A DNA stretch of 64,000 nucleotides from positions 1,120,001-1,184,000 of the forward strand of contig OZ252287.1 of the NCBI GenBank assembly GCA_965250085.1. Reading direction: 5' to 3'. The notes under the pieces were generated by a model. It ran no database searches. It saw only the letters and a program-made list of their open reading frames with translations, and was not told where the DNA came from. This document shows positions 57,086-64,000 of the stretch, one piece after another (position 1 is the stretch's first letter; each line of letters starts with the position of its first letter). Made by a program: the position numbers and the translations under genes. This DNA is from Candidatus Altimarinota bacterium (GTDB taxonomy: Bacteria > Patescibacteriota > Gracilibacteria > CAIRYL01).

Positions 57086-57316
57086 ATGATCACAGAGTGG
57101 ATAGTATATTCTGTTTTCATCATCGTTTCTTTTTCCATTTTTTGGATTGTAGTTCGACGAGTAAAAGAACATTTTAATAGGTATCCACTCGAGGATAATG
57201 ATAAAAAAATAAGTAAAATCTGGGGTGGACCACAAAAAAAGCTTCTTATCGTCTATTTTCTCTGTCTGGTTATCTTCTCAATCTTTTTTGCTGTTCTTAT
57301 CTATATTCTCAGATGA
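57086..57316 (+). CDS. Small two-TM membrane protein
   Basis: Two hydrophobic segments; ATGA overlap with guaA. Confidence 0.6.
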   Translation: MITEWIVYSVFIIVSFSIFWIVVRRVKEHFNRYPLEDNDKKISKIWGGPQKKLLIVYFLCLVIFSIFFAVLIYILR

Positions 57317-59247
57317 ATAGGTCTATTGTAGTTTTGGATTTTGGCGGGCAATATGCGCACCTGATTGCCAATCGTATACGTCGTCTGGGTGCATATTCAG
57401 AAATTTACTCTCATGATGTATCGGCTGAAGAGCTCAAAAAAAATGAAGTGGCTGGCATTATCCTCTCAGGAGGCCCCAAGAGTGTTTACGCGGAGGACGG
57501 CCTTCACGCCAATGTGGATATATTTGACTTAGACATCCCAGTATTGGGTATTTGCTATGGTCATCAGCTTCTGGTACACGCACTGGGCGGAGAGGTAGAA
57601 ATGGGGTCAGTTCATGAATTTGGGAAGAGTGACTTTGTTCTCAAAAAAAAGGATGGAGTATGGAAGGATTTTCCTAACACCTCTACTGCATGGATGAGTC
57701 ATGTAGACAAAGTGATCGCGCTTCCCAGGGGATTTGAAATCACGGGAACCACATCTGATTGCAGTGCGGCAGCAATAGCATGTTTTGATCGTAATATCTT
57801 TGGAGTGCAGTTTCATCCAGAAGTAACCCATACTCAGCAGGGGATGCTTTTGCTTCAGAATTTTGTAGAAATTTGTGGAGTCCAAAACACATGGAAGATA
57901 GATGATTTTGTCGCACAAGAAATCCAAAATATTCAGAAGCAAGCTGCAGGAAAAAATGTATTTCTTTTGGTTTCTGGAGGGGTGGATTCGAGTGTGACAT
58001 TTGCCCTTCTGGAAAAAGCACTTGGAAAAGAGCGAATATATGGACTCTTTGTAGACCATGGACTCATGAGGAAAGATGAAGTGAATCAAGTGCCGGCAAT
58101 GATAGCCGAAGCGGGATTTGATAATCTGCATGTTGCAAAAGAAGAGAATCGATTTTTAAAAAACCTAGAAGGCATCACTGATCCGGAAGAAAAACGAATG
58201 ATCATTGGAAACACATTTTTGGATGTTCAGGAACAAGTCACAACAGACCTCGATTTACATCCGGATGAATGGCTTCTGGGACAGGGAACCATTTACCCCG
58301 ACACTATTGAAAGTGGTGGAACCAAGCACGCGGCAAAAATAAAAACTCATCACAATAGAGTAGAGAGAGTTCAAAAGCTTATAGATGCCGGAAAGATTAT
58401 TGAACCACTCAAAGATCTCTACAAAGATGAGGTGCGTGAAGTAGGACTCAAACTAGGGCTTCCCAAAAAAATGATTGAGCGACATCCATTTCCGGGTCCC
58501 GGATTAGGAGTCAGGATTCTCTGTTCTCAAAATGCCGACAGTCTCCCCAACACCCCAGAGATAGAGTCTGGTATTCAAAAAAAATTTGCAGACATAGAAG
58601 CACGAGTGCTCCCTCTTAAGTCCGTCGGAGTGCAGGGAGATTTTCGCAGTTATCGACATCCAGTCGTTCTGTTTTCTAAAAATGAATACTCCTGGGACAC
58701 GCTTGATGAAATAGCAACCAATATCCCGAATTCATTTCCAGAGATCAATCGAGTATTGCTCAGTCTTTCGCATTTTTCTAAACTGTCTGTACCAAAGGTG
58801 ACTCCATCATTTATGACCAAAGATCGGATAGCTTTACTCCAAGAGGCAGATGCCATCATTCGCATGATACTGGAAAAAGAAGACTTCAAAGGAAGAGAAA
58901 ATATCTGGCAATTCCCCGTGGTGCTCTGTCCATTAGAGTTTGGAGAGGGGAGTGGAGAGAAGGGAGAAGAGAAATCAATTACGAATTACGAATCATCCAC
59001 CTTTGCTAAGGCTACGGCGGACAGGCGAATTACGGAAAAAAACAGAGAACACACTTCGAAATCTCGCGAGACAATTATTTTACGTCCCGTTGAAAGCCAA
59101 GAGGCCATGACGGCATCATTTGCTCGTATTCCAGGTAACATATTACTCAAAATGAGTAAGAGCATCATGAATGAACTTGAAGGAAAAGTTTCAGCGGTCT
59201 TTTTTGATATCACCAATAAACCGCCGGGAACGATTGAGTGGGAATAG
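57313..59247 (+). CDS. guaA: GMP synthase (glutamine-hydrolysing), long form, with repeat-derived insertion
   Basis: LDFGGQY, GICYGHQ, QFHPE, SGGVDS, IKTHHN, HPFPGPGL, KPPGTIEWE. Confidence 0.97.
   Translation: MNRSIVVLDFGGQYAHLIANRIRRLGAYSEIYSHDVSAEELKKNEVAGIILSGGPKSVYAEDGLHANVDIFDLDIPVLGICYGHQLLVHALGGEVEMGSVHEFGKSDFVLKKKDGVWKDFPNTSTAWMSHVDKVIALPRGFEITGTTSDCSAAAIACFDRNIFGVQFHPEVTHTQQGMLLLQNFVEICGVQNTWKIDDFVAQEIQNIQKQAAGKNVFLLVSGGVDSSVTFALLEKALGKERIYGLFVDHGLMRKDEVNQVPAMIAEAGFDNLHVAKEENRFLKNLEGITDPEEKRMIIGNTFLDVQEQVTTDLDLHPDEWLLGQGTIYPDTIESGGTKHAAKIKTHHNRVERVQKLIDAGKIIEPLKDLYKDEVREVGLKLGLPKKMIERHPFPGPGLGVRILCSQNADSLPNTPEIESGIQKKFADIEARVLPLKSVGVQGDFRSYRHPVVLFSKNEYSWDTLDEIATNIPNSFPEINRVLLSLSHFSKLSVPKVTPSFMTKDRIALLQEADAIIRMILEKEDFKGRENIWQFPVVLCPLEFGEGSGEKGEEKSITNYESSTFAKATADRRITEKNREHTSKSRETIILRPVESQEAMTASFARIPGNILLKMSKSIMNELEGKVSAVFFDITNKPPGTIEWE
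58942..59035 (+). repeat. Composite repeat insertion inside guaA
   Basis: Purine 7-mers (GGAGAGG GGAGTGG AGAGAAG GGAGAAG), AATTACG units and a TCCACC...GCTACGGCGGACAGGCG hairpin element. Confidence 0.72.
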
Positions 59248-59335
59248 ATTTTTTAGAAGCAATTGCATTCCAAAAAGAATCCTCTATTTCACAATCTTAT
59301 ATTTTCAGAAAAGATCAGCAATCATGTACTTGTTT

Positions 59336-59830
59336 TTAGCAATTGCAACCTGCTCCTGATCGCGTTGTATCAAATTCATCAGGAAGCCCCCATCCCTTTC
59401 GAACTCTCCCGATAGCATCTGATAATAGTCGAAGGAGATCTCCTTTTTTGTTTCCACCAAATTTAGACTCGGCATCGCGATCAATTGCATATTGTACTGC
59501 AAGGAGATCATTGCCTACTTCTCCTGTTTTTGGTTGAAGATTCTGAATACTTGCATTCTCACCAATTACTCCGGCTTTCTGCAGTCGGTCAAATACCCCA
59601 AGAGAAGGAAGATCGGTTGTTTGTGACAGCATGTTTTGTACGTCTGGGTTGTTTAAAAATTCAAAAATAGTGTTGATGTCAGTAATATCAACTGATCCTT
59701 CTACAACAGCAGCTGCTCGGGATCCAACATCTTCAGTTCCAGCTACTTCTGTAATAAGTGGAGCAGCAGCAGATGCTGCTTCTGGGTCAGAACCGACGTG
59801 AAGAGGAAGGTTTTCATTAGAATTACTCAT
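59336..59830 (-). CDS. Hypothetical protein
   Basis: Start set at MSNSNENLP; upstream TTGACA-17-TAGTAT. Confidence 0.6.
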   Translation of the reverse strand: MSNSNENLPLHVGSDPEAASAAAPLITEVAGTEDVGSRAAAVVEGSVDITDINTIFEFLNNPDVQNMLSQTTDLPSLGVFDRLQKAGVIGENASIQNLQPKTGEVGNDLLAVQYAIDRDAESKFGGNKKGDLLRLLSDAIGRVRKGWGLPDEFDTTRSGAGCNC

Positions 59831-59967
59831 AAGAAATGGGAAAAAAGACAATACAAATCTATACTAAACCTTATATTATTATTTGTCAACACTTTTTCGC
59901 CCAAAGAATATGAATCATAAAAAATAATAGTTAATCTATAGTTCGTATAGAACTTAACATAGTTATT

Positions 59968-60837
59968 ATGTGTCGAATCTTCGCATATGCTTCAAAAACA
60001 CCGCTTAATTTGGAAGTATATTTCCACTCCGCACCCAATAGTTTAGAAAAACAGTCAGTAAAACATGCGGATGGATGGGGTATTGGATATTATGATTCAA
60101 GCCAATTATTGCGCGTCCTCAAAGAACCCTTTAGTGCAAAAGAAGATCAAACATTTGATGAGCTTTCACATGTCATCCATTCAAATTTACTTATTACTCA
60201 TATAAGAAAAGCAACTCTTGGAAGCAAAAAACGTGAAAATTGTCATCCATTTTCATACAAGCACTTCGCAATGGCTCATAATGGTAAGATTCGAGAATTT
60301 AAAAAATTGAAACCATATTTTTTGAAGAAAATAGACACTGATCTTCAAAGATCAATAAAAGGCACTACTGATTCTGAAGTACTCTTCTATCTTTTTCTCA
60401 GCTTATTGCGAAAAGAGTGTAAGCAGAAGTCATTGGAACACACTCTACCAAAGCATATTAAGGGAGCTCTTTTTGGTACGATTCAAGAGGTATGTACACT
60501 TCATAAAACACATGCTCCACAAACTCAAAAACCAATTTTAAACATAGCTGTTCTTGATAGCAAAAACATATATGCTACCACCATGAATAGAAAATTCTTT
60601 GTACTTGAACTCGATGAAAAAAGTCACCCAGAACATATTCATGCTTTGCACTGGCATATGCGCTTTGGAGAAGACACCAAAAAACACAGCAGTGTTTTAC
60701 TGGCATCTGAAGTCATAACAGATCACGATAAATGGGGAGAAGTGCCCAATAATAGTTTTCTATGGATTCGAGAAAATGGAACTGTTCATGTCGAGCCACT
60801 TCCAGATTTCTCAGAAAGTACTTTTTTATACGATTGA
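59968..60837 (+). CDS. Class II glutamine amidotransferase (YafJ/EgtC-like)
   Basis: N-terminal MCR, HADGWG, HIRKAT, NCHPF, AHNG, GTTDSE. Confidence 0.9.
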   Translation: MCRIFAYASKTPLNLEVYFHSAPNSLEKQSVKHADGWGIGYYDSSQLLRVLKEPFSAKEDQTFDELSHVIHSNLLITHIRKATLGSKKRENCHPFSYKHFAMAHNGKIREFKKLKPYFLKKIDTDLQRSIKGTTDSEVLFYLFLSLLRKECKQKSLEHTLPKHIKGALFGTIQEVCTLHKTHAPQTQKPILNIAVLDSKNIYATTMNRKFFVLELDEKSHPEHIHALHWHMRFGEDTKKHSSVLLASEVITDHDKWGEVPNNSFLWIRENGTVHVEPLPDFSESTFLYD

Positions 60838-60875
60838 GTGGGAATAGAATATTTTGAATGATTTGTACCGTATGT

Positions 60876-61301
60876 TCATGCTGAAGAATCACTCATTACA
60901 GATGCGGCTCGAGATATTTTTTCACTGCCATTTGCTATCAATGCTTGGACCCACTGCCGTGCAGCATCATCCAGAGTATCATCGTGATTTTTTTTGAAGA
61001 TATCTAAAAAATTCATGTCAGCGATAGATTCTGGGAGTGATGCCATAAGAGACTCTGCTTTTTTAGATACAACATCCAAAGCTTTTAAAGCGTCTAAGGA
61101 AACCGGCTTTTTTACAAGTGGTCCGAGGAAGCTTTGAAAATCCTTCTGCATTCTCAATTCTTCTTCCTTAGACAATGGACCAAAGTCCGCTTCTACAAAT
61201 GGAGAACGAAGAACTTCTACTATTTCCTGAAAGGAGTTTGAATCAGTATCAATTGGTGTTCCTATTCGGTCATCCGACGGAGTTTCAGGAGAGAATGACA
61301 T
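60876..61301 (-). CDS. Hypothetical protein
   Basis: 141-aa acidic ORF; upstream TTGACA-18-TATAAG. Confidence 0.6.
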   Translation of the reverse strand: MSFSPETPSDDRIGTPIDTDSNSFQEIVEVLRSPFVEADFGPLSKEEELRMQKDFQSFLGPLVKKPVSLDALKALDVVSKKAESLMASLPESIADMNFLDIFKKNHDDTLDDAARQWVQALIANGSEKISRAASVMSDSSA

Positions 61302-61432
61302 TATTGTTAGAATAAAAGAGGCACTACTTATAGCATAAAATATTTTATCCTGTCAATGTTTATCTATAAAAACGCACAGTCAATGAGTCATTAAATGAGA
61401 GCCTCAATTTTTTTAAATAGAGGAACAGAGAC

Positions 61433-61696
61433 TTATTGTAGCTGATTTCCCACGACCATTTTGGCAATGTTCAGTTCAGAGGTTAAGCCGAATCGTACCA
61501 TCATTTGACACACGCTATCTTGAGCTTCTTCAGGAATATCGGCAGATAAAATTGCTTCGACTTGCGCTACTAATGCATCTTTTTCTGCTTCTCCTAATTC
61601 TAAAGGCTCATCTCTGTCGCCAGTCAATGATGCCAGAGCTTGATCAATGAGATGAATAGAAGAATCAGACGGTGTTGGAAGGGACTCTTTTTGCAT
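61433..61696 (-). CDS. Hypothetical protein
   Basis: Start set at MQKESLPTP; upstream TTGATA-16-TAAAAT. Confidence 0.55.
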   Translation of the reverse strand: MQKESLPTPSDSSIHLIDQALASLTGDRDEPLELGEAEKDALVAQVEAILSADIPEEAQDSVCQMMVRFGLTSELNIAKMVVGNQLQ

Positions 61697-61774
61697 AAAC
61701 AAAAATAAAAGATGTCCCTATTTTAATCTAAAATTAATATTTATCAATCTTTTAGGAAAACATGAGTTTTGCTT

Positions 61775-63178
61775 CTACTGTTCTTCATATTTTTTTTTGA
61801 GGTCATGCAACTTTTGAAGAGCTTCTATCGGTGTTATTTCGTTCACATTAAGGTTTTGCAACTCTTTTTCTATTGCAGAGTCGGTTCTTTCTTTTTGCGG
61901 AAGAGCAAAGAGATCAGGCTGATCAGAACTCCCATTCTTTCCCCCTCGATTCCCTTCGTCTTTTTCCAGTCTCAGGAGCACTTCTTTTGCTCGTTTTGTC
62001 ACTGATTGAGGAACCCCTGCCAATTCCGCAACCTCAATACCAAAACTTTTGGACGCACCTCCGGCAGTAATGCGGTGCAAAAATGTAACCCCCTGATCAT
62101 TTTCGAGCACGGCAACAGAAAGATTATTCCCTTTTTTTAGATTTTCTATGAGATCAATGAGTTCGTGATAGTGGGTGGCAAAAAGTGTTTTGATTCCTTT
62201 CTCTTCCAAATACTCAGTAAGAGCCCATGCGAGGGAAAGACCGTCAAAGGTAGAGGTTCCTCTGCCGATTTCATCGAGGATAATGAAGGAGTTTTCTGTG
62301 GCATTTCTCAAAATATGTGAAGCCTCCTGCATTTCCACTAAAAAGGTAGATTGACCCTTGGTGAGAATGTCTCCGGAGCCAATACGGGTAAAAATGCCAT
62401 CGATGAGTGGAATTTCTGCTTCGGTGGCAGGAACAAAGCTTCCGATGTGTGCCAAGAGAATAATAAGGGCATTTTGTCTCAAATATGTCGATTTCCCTGC
62501 CATATTCGGACCGGTTACCAGAGAAAATGTTTTTTCCTGATCCATATTCAGATCATTGGGAACAAATCGATCACCGCCAAATCGTTCTCCCAAATCTTCC
62601 ACAACAGGGTGCCGACCTTGAGCGATATGCAGATTGTTCTTTTTGGTAAATCGCGGACAGATATATCGTTTTTTTTGAGCCGTTTCTGCAAATGATTGCA
62701 TCATGTCGAGTTCAGCCAGTGCAGAGGCAATTTCCTGAATTTGCACTGTATGTTTGAGCACTTCTGATGTGACCTCATCAAAAAGCTCTTGTTCTCTGCG
62801 AATCAACTTTTCCTCAGCAGCAAATACTTTTTCCTCATATTTTTTAAGTTCTGGAGTGATGTATCTTTCTGCATTGGTAAGTGTCTGTTTCCGCACAAAG
62901 TATTCGGGTACTTTCTGTACTTGTCCTTTGGGAACTTCAAAAAAATATCCAAAGACTTTGTTGGATTTTATCTTCAATGATTCAATACCTGTTTTTTTGC
63001 GTTCATCATTTTGGAGTTTTTCGAGATACTCTTTTCCATGCTGAGTCAGACCTCGGTATTCATCGACCTGAGCATCAAATCCACTGCGAATATATCCACC
63101 GTCAGTCAGCACTGCTGGGGAATTGGGATCAATTGCCTGATCCAAAAATTTTGCCAGTTGTTGCAAGGGTTCTGACAT
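61775..63178 (-). CDS. mutS: MutS1, C-terminal half only (clamp, lever, ATPase and C-terminal domains)
   Basis: RKQTLTNAERY, GRHPVVE, TGPNMAGKST, STFLVEM, DEIGRGTST, ATHYHEL; in-frame stop upstream at 63221-63223. Confidence 0.9.
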   Translation of the reverse strand: MSEPLQQLAKFLDQAIDPNSPAVLTDGGYIRSGFDAQVDEYRGLTQHGKEYLEKLQNDERKKTGIESLKIKSNKVFGYFFEVPKGQVQKVPEYFVRKQTLTNAERYITPELKKYEEKVFAAEEKLIRREQELFDEVTSEVLKHTVQIQEIASALAELDMMQSFAETAQKKRYICPRFTKKNNLHIAQGRHPVVEDLGERFGGDRFVPNDLNMDQEKTFSLVTGPNMAGKSTYLRQNALIILLAHIGSFVPATEAEIPLIDGIFTRIGSGDILTKGQSTFLVEMQEASHILRNATENSFIILDEIGRGTSTFDGLSLAWALTEYLEEKGIKTLFATHYHELIDLIENLKKGNNLSVAVLENDQGVTFLHRITAGGASKSFGIEVAELAGVPQSVTKRAKEVLLRLEKDEGNRGGKNGSSDQPDLFALPQKERTDSAIEKELQNLNVNEITPIEALQKLHDLKKKYEEQ

Positions 63179-63243
63179 TCGGAAATCCAAAAAAAGCGAG
63201 CCGAGTATAGCAGGTCTTTTTTATGAAACAGAAATAAAATTCT

Positions 63244-63999
63244 TTAGAGATTTCGAAGTTCTTCCTCAGCTTGAAGTCTTTTTTCAGAAGAAGAATTATC
63301 ATTGACAATTCTTTCGAGTAAAGCTTTTCTGTTTTGAGCTTGAAGTTCTTCGGGTGATGGAGGTGGTTTAGGAAAATGCTCCAATTGCATCAAAGGATCT
63401 ACTGACTCATTTCCAGTTCCGTGCCAAGGACGGATTTTCGCATTATTTCCTGGAGCCATTTGACTGAGCCATCGCTCGAGGGTCATATCTCTCACCATTG
63501 TAGTTTTTGCTAAATCTACTTCTCTTCCTGGTGTTTCTGCAGCACCTCTTAAAATTTGATTTGTATATGAAATTAACGGATCTACACTATCTACATATCT
63601 GATTTTATCGGCAGGCATAAGACACATATCTTCAAGAGCTTTTCTTCCAAAGCGCTGAAGTGCAACGATTTCAGAAACAGGATGTAAAATAAGTGCCGGA
63701 ACGTTCAATGTTTTGCCTTGATAACGAATATTCTCCATTCCCACTGGAACCAAGACATATGGTGATTCGCGAACATCAAATTTACTAGTGAGTTCTGTGA
63801 CATCTCTCAAAGTTTTTGGCATCATTACGGCTGTTATTGCACTACTCTCTGCTCCATTATATTGCACCGATGCTACAGATCTTTCTTGAAACGTTTCAAT
63901 ACCGGTCGTTGAAAAACTCAAGCCTTCACCAAGCTGTTGTGTTCTCCAGCAATTTGGGGCGCTGTCGAGCCTGCGTTCCCACTTGCAAATTTCTACAAA
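63244..63999 (-). CDS. Hypothetical protein, partial (frame open to window edge)
   Basis: No stop codon between 63921 and the end of the window, so the start lies outside. Confidence 0.6.
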   Translation of the reverse strand, partial: FVEICKWERRLDSAPNCWRTQQLGEGLSFSTTGIETFQERSVASVQYNGAESSAITAVMMPKTLRDVTELTSKFDVRESPYVLVPVGMENIRYQGKTLNVPALILHPVSEIVALQRFGRKALEDMCLMPADKIRYVDSVDPLISYTNQILRGAAETPGREVDLAKTTMVRDMTLERWLSQMAPGNNAKIRPWHGTGNESVDPLMQLEHFPKPPPSPEELQAQNRKALLERIVNDNSSSEKRLQAEEELRNL

Positions 64000-64000
64000 A

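Noticed and set aside
1-64000. Genetic code 25 (TGA as Gly), as in Gracilibacteria sensu stricto and Absconditabacteria
   Set aside because: Conserved genes are full length under code 11, and TGA ends yjbQ, rplC and aroF at the expected positions.

Overview
Bacterial chromosomal segment, most consistent with a Patescibacteria/CPR genome (Peregrinibacteria-like): CPR-type pilin, no rpmD after rpsE, T-rich non-Shine-Dalgarno start regions, SLH-type S41 protease, nucleotide synthesis genes (purH, guaA, pyrD). TGA is used as a stop, so the code is 11. The core content is ychF, rpsP-khpA, radA, pnp, rpsO, argS, an rplC-to-rpsE ribosomal protein block, recJ, holB, gyrA, recF and a C-terminal half of mutS. 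Main points of interest: (1) a complete trp operon, trpR-trpL-trpE-trpG-trpD::C::F-aroF-trpB-trpA, with a TrpR operator and an unannotated Trp-Trp leader peptide attenuator between trpR and trpE; (2) several families of tiny palindromic and 7-8-mer repeats that nest in each other and have inserted in frame into YchF and GuaA; (3) a half-length mutS with its own promoter motif; (4) two module-shuffled Cys-rich exported paralogues; (5) an intact IS30 inserted 10 bp upstream of an orphan gene; (6) a Na+/K+-ATPase-like P2C pump; (7) many stand-alone orphan genes with similar N-termini. No rRNA, tRNA or CRISPR array was recognised. All calls were made by eye, without database searches.
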